DNA of 64,000 nucleotides, taken from NCBI GenBank assembly GCA_040880545.1, contig JBBDIE010000151.1:10617-74616 (forward strand). Reading direction: 5' to 3'. Position numbers and translations under genes: made by a program. This DNA is from Bacteroidales bacterium. Its GTDB lineage: Bacteria; Bacteroidota; Bacteroidia; Bacteroidales; GCA-2748055. Numbering within the stretch: position 1 is the first letter of the stretch; every line of letters starts with the position of its first letter. Under the pieces are notes generated by a model. The model had not been told where the DNA came from. It worked only from the letters and a program-made list of their open reading frames with translations, and made no database searches. Of this stretch, positions 29,456 through 40,439 are shown piece by piece.

Positions 29456-29460
29456 GGTAT

Positions 29461-30243
29461 TTAACGTTTAGTACAGATAATCTGGTTTGAATATTTAAGG
29501 TTAATTTTATCATAACTGTTCCAACCATAGCTTTTCAGCCCCTGGTCGTACAATAATTTCAGGTTTCTTAATTTTATTTCATAGTTTTCCATCTTGCCAA
29601 ACTCAATCTGGTGGGCCCCAACCCTGGGTATCAAGTCAAATTCTCCTTTCGCAGACCTGTAAACCTGCATGATCTGTTTGTTCCAGAATGGATGCTGCTC
29701 AACAAAACCAGCAAAGCTTAACAGATTTTTCAATTCGAAATGGTTCTCCAGGTCTACCCTTCTGACTCCGCTTTCATCCGTGGTAAACGGAATATTCACC
29801 GCTCCTGTAAGTAGCATCACCATGGGCGAATAATTATCGGATAGGGGAAGGATCACACCCGTATCGTCTATATAGTATCCCTGTTTTCCACCGGGCATCA
29901 CCCTTATGAGCGGTCTCCTTTGTACAATGTCCACAAACAGGGTCCCCTCCACATTGATGTATACCTCCGCATTATCCACATAGGGATCCTTCTCTATCAT
30001 GAATTCCAGTCCCCTGGTACCAATAAACTCCACAGGGTAACCCTGTGTATTAATGCCTGAATGCTTAATCAGCTCTCTGACCCTTTCATTGGTGATAAAC
30101 CGGACTGTGTTTGTATCTGAAATATTCACCACAATCTCCCGGCAAATCAGCTCCCCATTTCTTTTTGAAACGAATCCCATGATCACAGTGAACCAGCAGA
30201 TCAGCAGTGCCCAAACCACAATATGGATTATCTTCCTGATCAT
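29461..30243 (-). CDS. ftsQ: Cell division protein FtsQ (POTRA-containing)
   Basis: It has a single N-terminal TM helix (IVVWALLICWFTVIMGF) and is 260 aa. It sits between murC and ftsA. Confidence 0.8.
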   Translation of the reverse strand: MIRKIIHIVVWALLICWFTVIMGFVSKRNGELICREIVVNISDTNTVRFITNERVRELIKHSGINTQGYPVEFIGTRGLEFMIEKDPYVDNAEVYINVEGTLFVDIVQRRPLIRVMPGGKQGYYIDDTGVILPLSDNYSPMVMLLTGAVNIPFTTDESGVRRVDLENHFELKNLLSFAGFVEQHPFWNKQIMQVYRSAKGEFDLIPRVGAHQIEFGKMENYEIKLRNLKLLYDQGLKSYGWNSYDKINLKYSNQIICTKR

Positions 30244-31610
30244 AACTTCTCCATCCAGGATTTTAATGGTTCCACCAGCTTGTCTATATCACCTGCCCCC
30301 ATGGTCAGTAATACTTCAGGATCAAGCTCCTTAAGAACGTTCAACAGTTGATGCTGAGATATAAGCACCTTCTCATGCAATGTTACCTCATTGAATATTA
30401 CCCCCGAGGTAATTCCGGGTATGGGCTCTTCTCTGGCAGGATAGATCTCCAACAGAATTAATTCATCAAGCAACGACAGGCTCTCTGCAAATTCAACAGC
30501 AAAATCGCGGGTCCGTGAATAAAGATGGGGCTGGAATATACCTGTAATTCTTCTCTTAGGGAACATATCCCGAATCGAACCGATAAAGGCTTTTATCTCT
30601 TCCGGATGATGGGCATAATCATCAATATAAATCCTGTTTTCCCGCATCACCTGCACATCGAACCTCCGTTTTACACCTCTGAATTCCATGATCCCAGAGG
30701 CTATCTGCTCCAACAGAATCCCCGACTGATCGGCTACCGCAATTGCTGCCAGCGCATTTTCCACGTTCAGCAATCCGGGAATTCCCAGAGAAGTTTCAAA
30801 TATGTTTTTCGGTGTCTTCACAGTGAACCGGTATTTCCCCTCAACAGCCGCTTTATTTATCACGTGATAATCAGCGCCTCTATCGTCTACGGAGTAGGTA
30901 AACAGATCCAGGTGGTCAGGAATCTCCATCTCGATCCCTGCCTTAATGATCAATGTTCCTTTATCACGGATCTGCCGGACAAATGCTTCAAATCCAGCCA
31001 CCAGGTTTTCCCTGGAACCATATATATCCATATGGTCATTGTCCATCGATGTTATGACGGCAATCTCCGGGTAGAGTGCGAGGAATGACCTGTCATATTC
31101 ATCCGCCTCTGCAATTATGGTTTCCGATGAAGCATGGATCACCAGGTTACTGTTGTAGTTTTTGGATATCCCACCCAGGAATGCATTGCATCCGTACAAT
31201 GATTCTGACATTACACAGGCAAGCATGGTTGAAACGGATGTCTTTGCATGGGTTCCTGCCACTGCTATACCATGACCGGAATTAAATACTTCTCCCAGTG
31301 CGGTAGAACGCTTGATCACCCTGAATCCCCTGTTTCTGAAGTAATTCAACTCGTTACAGGATTCAGGTACGGCCGGTGTGTAAATTACAAGCGTTCGTTC
31401 CGGATCCCTGTACTCCCTGGGAATGTGGTCAGGATTATCAATAAAATGAATTTCAATCTGTTCCCGGATCAACTGGTCGGTGAGTGCCGTTGTAGTCCGG
31501 TCGTACCCTGCCACATGTTTCCCCTTGCTCTGGAAAAACCTGGCCAGGGCGCTCATACCAATGCCGCCGATACCCACAAAATAGACGCTATCCAAATTGG
31601 TCCAAATCAT
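30240..31610 (-). CDS. murC: UDP-N-acetylmuramate--L-alanine ligase
   Basis: Motifs are VYFVGIGGIGMSALA, the Mur ligase P-loop variant GTHAKTS, and DDYAHHPEEI. Confidence 0.93.
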   Translation of the reverse strand: MIWTNLDSVYFVGIGGIGMSALARFFQSKGKHVAGYDRTTTALTDQLIREQIEIHFIDNPDHIPREYRDPERTLVIYTPAVPESCNELNYFRNRGFRVIKRSTALGEVFNSGHGIAVAGTHAKTSVSTMLACVMSESLYGCNAFLGGISKNYNSNLVIHASSETIIAEADEYDRSFLALYPEIAVITSMDNDHMDIYGSRENLVAGFEAFVRQIRDKGTLIIKAGIEMEIPDHLDLFTYSVDDRGADYHVINKAAVEGKYRFTVKTPKNIFETSLGIPGLLNVENALAAIAVADQSGILLEQIASGIMEFRGVKRRFDVQVMRENRIYIDDYAHHPEEIKAFIGSIRDMFPKRRITGIFQPHLYSRTRDFAVEFAESLSLLDELILLEIYPAREEPIPGITSGVIFNEVTLHEKVLISQHQLLNVLKELDPEVLLTMGAGDIDKLVEPLKSWMEKL

Positions 31611-32722
31611 CTTTTTTCCAATAATTTAATTACCTCATCAGCAATTCTTTCAGAAGAATCTCTGATGGCCAGTTTTTTAATGTTGTCTGATAACGCCTTA
31701 GTTGCTCGATCGTCATCCATCAGTGTCAGCGCTGTATCTATCAGTTTGCTCTTTGCTTCATTATCCGTCACAAGGATCCCTGCCTTCAGATCGGTAAGGG
31801 CCCTGGCATTGCTGGTCTGGTGGTCCTCAGCAACGTTCGGCGACGGGACAAGTATAACCGGTTTACCAACCAGGCATAATTCGGAGATTGTTCCTGCCCC
31901 GGCACGGGAAATAATCAGGTCTGCCACCTGGAAAGCACGGTTCATTTCAGTGATAAAAGGCAACAGGACAATATTGGGGCTCCTTTTCACATCCAGTACA
32001 TTTCTTGCCGCCTTATAATAAAAACCACCCGATTGCCAAAGCAGTTGCACCCCGGAACCGGCAATTTTATCTATGCTTTCTATCACGCTCTCATTCAGTG
32101 TCCGGGCACCCAAACTTCCGCCAATAAGCAGCAACACTTTTTTATCCGGTCGCAGTCCGAAATGGTTGTAGCTTTTTTCCTTTTCCGTCTCTGGTAGAAT
32201 CAGGTCCTGTCTGACAGGATTTCCTGTTATCACAATCCGTTCTGCAGGGAAATATTTTTCCATTCCCTGGTATGCAACACAGATGGTCGAGGCAGACCGG
32301 GCCAGTATCCGGTTGGTAACCCCTGCATAAGAATTCTGTTCCTGAATAAGTACCGGAATCTTTTTTCTTATGGCAGCTTTAATGATCGGCCCACTGGCAT
32401 ACCCACCAACGCCTATGGCCACATCGGGCTTAAATTTCCTTATCAGTTTCCCGGATATCTGCATGCTTCTCAATAATTTAAAGAAAAATGTGATATTTTT
32501 CCAGGTGACTCTTCTCTGAAATCCTGCAACCGGCAGTCCCACAATCTCATAACCCGCTGCAGGAACCTTTTCCATCTCAAGCTTCCCGCGAGCCCCAACA
32601 AACAGGAATTGTGCATCACCCGCTAACTTTTCAAGCGCCCTGGCAATGGAAATGGCCGGATAAACGTGCCCGCCTGTTCCTCCTCCACCAATAATGATCC
32701 TATATTTCTTCGCTTCCTTCAT
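31607..32722 (-). CDS. murG: UDP-N-acetylglucosamine--N-acetylmuramyl-(pentapeptide) pyrophosphoryl-undecaprenol GlcNAc transferase
   Basis: IIGGGGTGGHVYPAISIA is present. The C-terminal region reads SRAGAGTISEL...PSPNVAEDHQ. Confidence 0.93.
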   Translation of the reverse strand: MKEAKKYRIIIGGGGTGGHVYPAISIARALEKLAGDAQFLFVGARGKLEMEKVPAAGYEIVGLPVAGFQRRVTWKNITFFFKLLRSMQISGKLIRKFKPDVAIGVGGYASGPIIKAAIRKKIPVLIQEQNSYAGVTNRILARSASTICVAYQGMEKYFPAERIVITGNPVRQDLILPETEKEKSYNHFGLRPDKKVLLLIGGSLGARTLNESVIESIDKIAGSGVQLLWQSGGFYYKAARNVLDVKRSPNIVLLPFITEMNRAFQVADLIISRAGAGTISELCLVGKPVILVPSPNVAEDHQTSNARALTDLKAGILVTDNEAKSKLIDTALTLMDDDRATKALSDNIKKLAIRDSSERIADEVIKLLEKR

Positions 32723-33887
32723 TAATAATTTCTTCTTCTGAATTTTCAGCAGCCTCCTGCTCTTCCAGTTCCTTGGTAACCCCCCAACTCACACTTAATA
32801 TCATTCCGAATGCCATACTTGTAAAAAACATGGATGATCCTCCCATACTAACCAGGGGAAGTGTTTGCCCGGTTACCGGCAACAATCCAACCGTCACACC
32901 CATGTTTACAAATGCCTGAAACACCAGTCCCATTGAAAGTCCGAACGCCAGGAAGGCACCAAAGGTGCTTTTGGTTCGCCGTACGATCAGTCCTGTCCTG
33001 AATAATACCCACAAATAGAGAAATACAAGCAGCAATCCTCCAATGATGGATCCATACTCTTCAATGATGATGGCGAAAATGAAATCTGAATAAGGATGCG
33101 GTAATAAAATACGCTGCGTACTTGTACCCGGGCCATTGGGCAGCAGTCCTCCCCTGACTATGGCTACCTTGGCCTGATCGGCCTGAAAGTTATCGCCCTC
33201 GCCACTGACGTAACGCTCGATCCTGTTTTTCCAGGTAACCATTCTTCCTTCCCGGCTCATGGCTGTGGAAAGCAACAGGAAAAGCGCCAATCCGGCTACC
33301 CCCATGCCTGCAAACAGCAGTAAATATTTAAATGGCACCCTGCCAATGAACATCAGTATAAACGACACTGTAAATATGATGGCCGCCGTGGACAGGTTCG
33401 TGGGTAAAATAAGTACACACACCAATGCGATGGCTGCCGATAATTTCATGAACACGCCCTTAAAATCATCCAGGTTATTCTGATTATTTGCCAAAATTCT
33501 TGCCAGATACATGATTAATGCAAATTTTGCAAATTCCGAAGGCTGGAAAGCATTGCTGGTACCGGGAATTGCGAGCCAGCGATTAGCGTCATTGATCTCC
33601 TGTCCCCTGATCAGGGTTACTACCAGCAGAACGATGGCCGCTGCCATAAATGCCAGTGATAATTTATTGAATACATGGTACGGGATCAATTGAAAGAAAA
33701 TGATTACCCCAAGCCCCAAAACTATATACTTGAACTGCCTGAACAAGTAATACAGGGTATCGCCCGAAACCTTTTTGTAGGCCAGCGAACCGGTAGAGCT
33801 GTAAACAGACAGCAGCGATACCACACTCAGTATGATAATTACTGTCCAGATAACCCTGTCACCCCTTATGTATTTCAATACATTCAT
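32700..33887 (-). CDS. ftsW: SEDS-family peptidoglycan polymerase FtsW
   Basis: It is a polytopic membrane protein with the motifs QPSEFAKF and GLLPVTGQTLPLVSMGGSS, in dcw context. Confidence 0.9.
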   Translation of the reverse strand: MNVLKYIRGDRVIWTVIIILSVVSLLSVYSSTGSLAYKKVSGDTLYYLFRQFKYIVLGLGVIIFFQLIPYHVFNKLSLAFMAAAIVLLVVTLIRGQEINDANRWLAIPGTSNAFQPSEFAKFALIMYLARILANNQNNLDDFKGVFMKLSAAIALVCVLILPTNLSTAAIIFTVSFILMFIGRVPFKYLLLFAGMGVAGLALFLLLSTAMSREGRMVTWKNRIERYVSGEGDNFQADQAKVAIVRGGLLPNGPGTSTQRILLPHPYSDFIFAIIIEEYGSIIGGLLLVFLYLWVLFRTGLIVRRTKSTFGAFLAFGLSMGLVFQAFVNMGVTVGLLPVTGQTLPLVSMGGSSMFFTSMAFGMILSVSWGVTKELEEQEAAENSEEEIINEGSEEI

Positions 33888-33890
33888 CGT

Positions 33891-35237
33891 CTATAATTCC
33901 CTTACTGCCTCCTTGAATTTCCTCCCGCGGTCTTCGTAACTTTCAAACAGGTCGAAGCTTGCACATGCCGGGGAGAGTAACACTGTATCATCTTTTGATG
34001 CCAGGTAATAGGCCGATTTGACAGCTTCTGTCATACTGCCTGTCTCCACAATGGTTTCAACTTTATCACTGAAGGCATCCAAAAGCCGCTGATTTTCCTT
34101 ACCAAGGCAAACGATTGCCTTAACCTTGTTGCTTACAAGCTCATACAATTCCGAATAATTGTTTCCCTTATCCACCCCACCGGCAATCCAGACAATATTT
34201 CCCTTCACACTCTCCAGTGCATACCAGCTTGAATTCACATTGGTGGCTTTCGAGTCGTTGATAAAATTAATACCATGAACCTTATTCAACTGCTCGAGCC
34301 GGTGTTCTATTCCCTGGAAATCCATCAGCGCTTCACGGATCACATCATTCCTGATCTTCAGAACATTGCCGGCTATACCTGCTGCCATGCTGTTGTATGT
34401 ATTATGTTTACCCTTCAGTGCCAGTTCATGAACCGACATGGTGAAGTCCACATCATCAAATTCGATATGCATTTTTGCATGGCCGTCGACCCATGCCACA
34501 TCCTCCTCTTTCTTTTCATAAGCATAAGGCAACTGAACGGCCCTGGATACGATCCTCTCCAACTCCTTAATGGTAATTTCATCATCAGAGCAGAATACAA
34601 AATAGTCTTCCTCTGTGAGGTTCTGGGTGATCCTGAATTTTGAATCCACATAATGCTGCATATTGTAATCATATCGGTCCATATGATCAGCGGTGATATT
34701 CAAAAGGATCGCTATATCAGCCTTAAAATCGAACATTCCGTCCAACTGAAAACTGCTAAGCTCCAGCACGTAATAGTCGTAAGCTTCCTGGGCTACCTGC
34801 AATGCAAAACTGCGCCCCATGTTGCCCGCAATACCAATATTCAACCCGGCCTTACGTAACATATGATGGATCAGTGAAGTGGTGGTGGTCTTCCCGTTAC
34901 TTCCCGTTACACAAATCTTCTTTGCATTGGTATACCGTCCTGCAAATTCAATTTCTGAAATCACATGTAACCCCTTTTTCCTGATTGATTTCATGATCGG
35001 GGCACTTTCCGGGATTCCCGGGCTTTTGATAATCTCATCTGCATTCAGGATCTGACGCTCTGTATGTCCATTACCTTCATAAAGGATCTGATATTCATTG
35101 AGCATCTCCTTGTATTTGGGATTGATCTTGCCCGAATCAGAAACTAAAACATCAAATCCCTGTTGCTTTGCAAGGATCGCTGAACCGGTACCACTCTCTC
35201 CGGCGCCAAGGATTACTATGCGTTTTCTCTTCTCCAT
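33891..35237 (-). CDS. murD: UDP-N-acetylmuramoylalanine--D-glutamate ligase
   Basis: Motifs are IVILGAGESGTGSA, VTGSNGKTTT and NDSKATN. Confidence 0.93.
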   Translation of the reverse strand: MEKRKRIVILGAGESGTGSAILAKQQGFDVLVSDSGKINPKYKEMLNEYQILYEGNGHTERQILNADEIIKSPGIPESAPIMKSIRKKGLHVISEIEFAGRYTNAKKICVTGSNGKTTTTSLIHHMLRKAGLNIGIAGNMGRSFALQVAQEAYDYYVLELSSFQLDGMFDFKADIAILLNITADHMDRYDYNMQHYVDSKFRITQNLTEEDYFVFCSDDEITIKELERIVSRAVQLPYAYEKKEEDVAWVDGHAKMHIEFDDVDFTMSVHELALKGKHNTYNSMAAGIAGNVLKIRNDVIREALMDFQGIEHRLEQLNKVHGINFINDSKATNVNSSWYALESVKGNIVWIAGGVDKGNNYSELYELVSNKVKAIVCLGKENQRLLDAFSDKVETIVETGSMTEAVKSAYYLASKDDTVLLSPACASFDLFESYEDRGRKFKEAVREL

Positions 35238-35245
35238 ATCTTAAA

Positions 35246-36496
35246 TTATCTGATTTTTAACGTAACAATGGTGATTACTGCCAGCAACAGTCCGATAATC
35301 CAGAAGCGGGTAACGATTTTTGCTTCAGGATATCCCAGTTTCTGGTAATGGTGATGTGCAGGTGCCATGAGAAAAATGCGCCTTCCCGTACCAAATTTCC
35401 TTTTTGTGTGTTTGAACCAACTTACCTGCAATATCACAGATACACTTTCGTACAGGTAGATACCGCAAAGAATGGGGATCAATAACTCCTTTCTGATGAC
35501 AATGGCAAAAACGGCAATAATTCCCCCCAGCGCCAGACTGCCTGTGTCTCCCATAAATATCTGGGCCGGAAATGAATTGTACCATAGAAAACCTATGGTG
35601 GCCCCGATGAACGCTGCAGCAAAAATCACAAGTTCACCCGCATTGGGGATGTACATGATATTCAGGTAATCGGCAAAAATGGCATTACCCGATACATAGG
35701 CCAGTATACCCAGTGTAGTACCGATAATTGCTGCGGAACCTGTGGCCAATCCATCCAGTCCATCGGATATGTTTGCCCCGTTGGAGACAGCTGTAACGAT
35801 AAATATTACCACAAGCACAAAAATCAACCAGACAAGTTTGTTGGCATGCTTGCCCGAAAACCAGACAAGCCAGGTATAATTAAATTCATTATTTTTAACA
35901 AAAGGAATGGTGGTCAATGGTGTTTTATGATCACGGACATAAAACTGGTCACCATTATCATTCGTCACAACCGGCAGATGGATATGTTCAACGCTGTTCT
36001 CCCCTGTTACCAAAACCCGCTCCCGGATGATCGCATCATCACTCAGAAGGAATGTGATACCAACCATAAGCCCCAGGGCAACCTGTCCAAATATCTTGAA
36101 CTTCCCCCGAAGTCCCTCCTTGTTTTTGCGAAATACCTTGATATAATCGTCTATAAAGCCAATAAAACCGAGCCATAGTGTGGTAATAAGCATCAGGATT
36201 ACATATACGTTGTCCAGCCTTCCAAACAGCAGTACCGGAATGATAATGGAGGCGATGATGATAATGCCCCCCATGGTTGGAGTGCCCTCCTTCTGGTTCT
36301 GACCTTCAAGCCCCAATTCCCTAACAGTTTCACCAATCTGTTTTCTGCGCATAAAATTTATTATGCGCTTGCCGATGAACAGCGAAATCATCAGCGAAGT
36401 GATCACGGTCATGGCTGCCCTGAATGAGATATACTGAAACATACCTGCACCGGGCAGGTCAAAATGGTTCAGGTATTCAAACAGATGGTATAACAT
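35246..36496 (-). CDS. mraY: Phospho-N-acetylmuramoyl-pentapeptide transferase
   Basis: Motifs are [27 protein letters not shown] and [11 protein letters not shown]. Confidence 0.95.
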   Translation of the reverse strand: MLYHLFEYLNHFDLPGAGMFQYISFRAAMTVITSLMISLFIGKRIINFMRRKQIGETVRELGLEGQNQKEGTPTMGGIIIIASIIIPVLLFGRLDNVYVILMLITTLWLGFIGFIDDYIKVFRKNKEGLRGKFKIFGQVALGLMVGITFLLSDDAIIRERVLVTGENSVEHIHLPVVTNDNGDQFYVRDHKTPLTTIPFVKNNEFNYTWLVWFSGKHANKLVWLIFVLVVIFIVTAVSNGANISDGLDGLATGSAAIIGTTLGILAYVSGNAIFADYLNIMYIPNAGELVIFAAAFIGATIGFLWYNSFPAQIFMGDTGSLALGGIIAVFAIVIRKELLIPILCGIYLYESVSVILQVSWFKHTKRKFGTGRRIFLMAPAHHHYQKLGYPEAKIVTRFWIIGLLLAVITIVTLKIR

Positions 36497-36502
36497 AGGA
36501 TT

Positions 36503-37951
36503 TTACTTTAAATATTTTTTAACTATTTCCTTATCATCAAACAGGAACCGCTCCTTACCGATTACCTGGTATTTTTCATGTCCTTTCCCAGCAACCAGAA
36601 TAACTGTATTGGGTCCGGCAAGCAGGCAGGCAGTTTTAATGGCCTCACCCCTGTCTGCGATTTTCAGAACATCTTTCATCCGTTCCTCTTTTATTCCCTT
36701 CGCCATCTCCTCCATGATCATGGTAGGATTTTCGGTCCTGGGATTGTCGGATGTAAGAATCACTTTGTTGCTTAAGTTGGCTGCCACGGCTCCCATTTTC
36801 GGCCTTTTACTTCTGTCCCTGTCGCCACCGGCGCCAACCACGGTAATGATTTCGCGCTTTTCACTGTTCACCTCATGGATCGTCTCCAGTACATTCAGTA
36901 GTGCATCATCCGTATGCGCATAGTCGATTATAGCTATGGCCCCCTTGTCACCCCGCAAAATTTCAAACCGGCCTTCAACCGGCCCCGCTTTGCTTATTGC
37001 TTCCAGCACCTGTATTTCATCGTGCCCGAGCAGTAGGGATACGCCATAAACTGCCAGAAAATTTGATGCATTGAATTTCCCTGTTAGCCTCACCCAAACC
37101 TCTTTCTCATTGATCTGAAGCCGCATGCCTTCAAAATGGGGTTCCTGGATGTTTCCATGGTAGTCTGCGATCCTTCCAAGACTATAGCGATATTTGACCG
37201 CTTTACAATTCTGTATCATCACCTCACCATTTCTGTCATCTGCATTGGTCAGTGCAAATGCTTCAGCTCCCAGACTGTCGAAAAATGATTTTTTAGCCTC
37301 CAGATACTCCCTGAAATCGTTGTGATAGTCCAGATGATCATGGGTAAGGTTCGTAAATACCCCTCCCCTGAAATGAAGTCCGTCGATACGATGTTGACTC
37401 ACCGCATGGGAGGATACCTCCATAAAACAATATTCACATCCATTATCGGCCATCTCCCGGAGCCACCTGTTAATCTGCAGGGCATCGGGTGTGGTATGCG
37501 TGGCAGGGTATTTCCTGTTATGGATGATAACTTCAATGGTGGTTAAAATACCAGCCTTGTAACCAAGACTGGTATTGACCTTATATAATAAGGTGGCTAT
37601 GGTCGTTTTTCCATTGGTACCTGTTATTCCCACAAGGTTGATCTCCCTGGATGGGTGTTTGTACCATGCAGAGGCGATCAATGCTATCGCTCTCCGCGAA
37701 TTATCTGTAACAATATACGTTGTGTTGCTTCCCTGCTCAGCTGGTTGCACTTCACAAACTATGGCCACTGCCCCGGCTGCCAATGCTTCCCGGATATATG
37801 CATGACCGTCTGTTTCGATGCCCCTAATAGCAACAAAGAGACCCCCTGCTTTTACTTCCCTTGAATCGAAGGTTACTGCACTGATCTCTATCCCTGTGTC
37901 GCCTGTGACACCGGTTACGGTAACATCCTGTATAAGTTTTGCCAGCTTCAT
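36503..37951 (-). CDS. murE: UDP-N-acetylmuramoyl-L-alanyl-D-glutamate--2,6-diaminopimelate ligase
   Basis: Motifs are GITGTNGKTT, DYAHTDDAL, GAGGDRDRSKRP and TSDNPRTE. Confidence 0.93.
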   Translation of the reverse strand: MKLAKLIQDVTVTGVTGDTGIEISAVTFDSREVKAGGLFVAIRGIETDGHAYIREALAAGAVAIVCEVQPAEQGSNTTYIVTDNSRRAIALIASAWYKHPSREINLVGITGTNGKTTIATLLYKVNTSLGYKAGILTTIEVIIHNRKYPATHTTPDALQINRWLREMADNGCEYCFMEVSSHAVSQHRIDGLHFRGGVFTNLTHDHLDYHNDFREYLEAKKSFFDSLGAEAFALTNADDRNGEVMIQNCKAVKYRYSLGRIADYHGNIQEPHFEGMRLQINEKEVWVRLTGKFNASNFLAVYGVSLLLGHDEIQVLEAISKAGPVEGRFEILRGDKGAIAIIDYAHTDDALLNVLETIHEVNSEKREIITVVGAGGDRDRSKRPKMGAVAANLSNKVILTSDNPRTENPTMIMEEMAKGIKEERMKDVLKIADRGEAIKTACLLAGPNTVILVAGKGHEKYQVIGKERFLFDDKEIVKKYLK

Positions 37952-40062
37952 CCTTCCGTAATACTCATTTCAAGTTTAACCTGTTCCCCTTTTTTCAGCA
38001 CCGTACCCGGCAGCGGAATCTGGTTTCTCACGGTACCCCTGCCTTTGATCTCAACATGAAGTCCCATATTTTCAAGCAGGTATACGGCATCTTTGGCTCC
38101 CATATCCTTTACATCAGGCAGATAAAGTGTACTTATATCACTCCTGCGTAATTTCACACCATCCCCGGTACTCATGGTTTTTACCCATTCCGATTCATGC
38201 TCTCCCGCTTCAAATGCTATCCCGAGATATTCCAGCGCCGATTCAAGTTCGGGCCTGAACCCACTTTTCGAATAAGGTGCCCCGATGTTCGTTGCCATTT
38301 GTGCCGGGCCAGCATGCTGCATATTCAAGTCCTGTATGTAGATCCTGTCAGTGATCTCCCTGAAAATGGGTCCGGCCACCACATTACCGTAATAGACAGT
38401 TTTAGAAGGGGAACTTACCACAACAATACATGAATACATGGGATTGTCTGAGGGGAAATAACCGGCAAAGGATGCCTGGTAATTATCCTTGGTATATCCT
38501 CTTTTTGCATCAGCAATCTGGGATGTCCCGGTCTTTCCGGCGATGGGGTAATATGAATTACGCAGGTTTTTTGCCGAGCCGCGCTCCACCACCCCTTCCA
38601 GCATCGGTTTGATCTTTCTGAGGGTCTCATCAGAGCATATTTTATGGTTGAGAATCGACTTTTCGAAAGTATGTACAACCTTTCCGTGGTAACGGATCTC
38701 CTCAACGAACCGGGGTTTTACCATCTGTCCGTTATTTGCCACAGCATTATAGAAGGTTAAAATCTGGAGCGGTGTGAGCCTCACCTCGTATCCGATAGAT
38801 ATCATGGGAAGTGAAATCTTCGACCACAAGGGATTGTCGGTATATTTGATTTCCGGGGTCCCTTCACCTTTGATTTCAATATCAAGTTTCCTGTTCAGGC
38901 CAATGCGGTAGAGCCTGTCAATGAAATCCGAAGGCTTCTCTCTGTAATTTTCATTGACCAGTTTCGAGATACCCACATTTGAAGAGTGTTCAAAAGCTTC
39001 CTGAAATGTAATTTTTCCAAGCCCTTCATCTCCGCTGTCTTCCAGCCGGTGACCGTTATAAACCACCACGCCGTTACCTACATCAACAATATCATCAGGT
39101 TCTACCAATCCATCTTCCAGCAAGGAAATTGCCGAGGCTAATTTAAACGTTGAGCCCGGTTCTGAGCTCTCTCCAATGGCATAATTGTAATTTTCCGTAT
39201 ACGTGCCGTTTTCATTCCTGCCCAGGTTTGCTATGGCCCTGATTTTCCCCGACTTAACCTCCATGACAATAACAGTACCGTGGTCAGCATCATGCTTCCT
39301 GAGCTGCGTGAAGAGTGCATTTTCTGCCACATCCTGCAAGTTAATATCGATGGTGGTAACAATGTCATAACCGTCCCTGGGGTCAATTTCGTTTTTGTCG
39401 CTCACCGGCATCCAGTTACCACTGGATATTTTCTGCATCAACCTGTAACCCTGCACTCCCGACAACTCCTCATCATACGCACCCTCAATACCCACCACGC
39501 TCCCCAGGTCTCCCTGCATGGTATATCCGACAGTTCGGGCAGCCAGCAGCCCATGGGGCCTGATGCGTCGGTTCTGCTGAACAAATATGGTCCCTCCCTG
39601 GTATCGGCCATACCTGAAGATGGGAAACTGCTTTAACTGCTGAAGCTGGTCATAGGTAACGTTTCTTTTTACCAGGTAATACCTGTTACCCTTCTCCCTT
39701 TCCCTCACCAGGTTCTGCTTGTATACAGACCAGTGCTGGTCACGGAATAATCCGGCCAACCTGATGGACAGGGAATCGATGTTTTCATCGAATATATTCC
39801 TGGTAAATGCTTCACTGCGCATATCCATTCTGACCTCAAAATAGGGGACTGAAACAGCCAGGAGCCGCCCCTCCGAAGAGTAAATGTTGCCCCGGTTGGG
39901 CTCAATTGTTTTGTAGGAAATACTGTTCAGTTCCGACTCCTCCCACCGGTCCTTCTCCACCAGCTGCAGGTAAAACATCTTACCCAGAATCACCAGGGCA
40001 AAAGCTACCATGGCGAGGTAAACCACGCTAACACGAATCAGTATGTTCCTCTTTAACGACAT
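37948..40062 (-). CDS. ftsI: Division transpeptidase (class B PBP, FtsI/PBP3-type) with a C-terminal PASTA-like domain
   Basis: It has an N-terminal TM helix. Transpeptidase motifs STFK, SSN and KTGTS are present. The C-terminal PASTA-like segment reads LPDVKDMGAKDAVYLLENMGLHVEIKGRGTVRNQIPLPGT. Confidence 0.9.
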   Translation of the reverse strand: MSLKRNILIRVSVVYLAMVAFALVILGKMFYLQLVEKDRWEESELNSISYKTIEPNRGNIYSSEGRLLAVSVPYFEVRMDMRSEAFTRNIFDENIDSLSIRLAGLFRDQHWSVYKQNLVREREKGNRYYLVKRNVTYDQLQQLKQFPIFRYGRYQGGTIFVQQNRRIRPHGLLAARTVGYTMQGDLGSVVGIEGAYDEELSGVQGYRLMQKISSGNWMPVSDKNEIDPRDGYDIVTTIDINLQDVAENALFTQLRKHDADHGTVIVMEVKSGKIRAIANLGRNENGTYTENYNYAIGESSEPGSTFKLASAISLLEDGLVEPDDIVDVGNGVVVYNGHRLEDSGDEGLGKITFQEAFEHSSNVGISKLVNENYREKPSDFIDRLYRIGLNRKLDIEIKGEGTPEIKYTDNPLWSKISLPMISIGYEVRLTPLQILTFYNAVANNGQMVKPRFVEEIRYHGKVVHTFEKSILNHKICSDETLRKIKPMLEGVVERGSAKNLRNSYYPIAGKTGTSQIADAKRGYTKDNYQASFAGYFPSDNPMYSCIVVVSSPSKTVYYGNVVAGPIFREITDRIYIQDLNMQHAGPAQMATNIGAPYSKSGFRPELESALEYLGIAFEAGEHESEWVKTMSTGDGVKLRRSDISTLYLPDVKDMGAKDAVYLLENMGLHVEIKGRGTVRNQIPLPGTVLKKGEQVKLEMSITEG

Positions 40063-40439
40063 TACTTTTCCTGCTTGAGCACTAATTTTTTAAGTGGTTC
40101 CTTATTTTCAATAAGTCCGATCTCCTCTTCAATCACAAGCTGTTCAACCCTGCTTTGCCTGCTTACCATCATCAGATCCGATGAGGTGGAAATTGCCCGG
40201 GATCTGAGCTCCTTTACTTCGTCCTGCAGTTCATTGGTACGGATCACAAGCGTTTCTGCATGGTTCCGGTTGGCAATGATGAAGAGCGATATGATTGCCA
40301 GCATGGCAAGAAAAGGCGCCTGCCTGATTACCGATCGCTGGGTCAGTACATTCCCGTCGATCAGGCTGCGGAATGAAAAATGTTGCGTTTTTTCCTCCCG
40401 TACCTCTTCGAATTCAATATTTCTTTTCTCCATATTCAT
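40062..40439 (-). CDS. ftsL: FtsL-like division protein (single-pass, coiled-coil)
   Basis: It is 125 aa with one TM helix (FLAMLAIISLFIIA) followed by a helical segment. It lies between rsmH and ftsI. Confidence 0.7.
   Translation of the reverse strand: MNMEKRNIEFEEVREEKTQHFSFRSLIDGNVLTQRSVIRQAPFLAMLAIISLFIIANRNHAETLVIRTNELQDEVKELRSRAISTSSDLMMVSRQSRVEQLVIEEEIGLIENKEPLKKLVLKQEK

Noticed and set aside
31248-32018. A 256-aa plus-strand ORF spanning the murC/murG junction.
   Set aside because: It is antisense to two well-supported Mur genes and crosses their boundary. It has no recognisable domain, so it is a shadow ORF.
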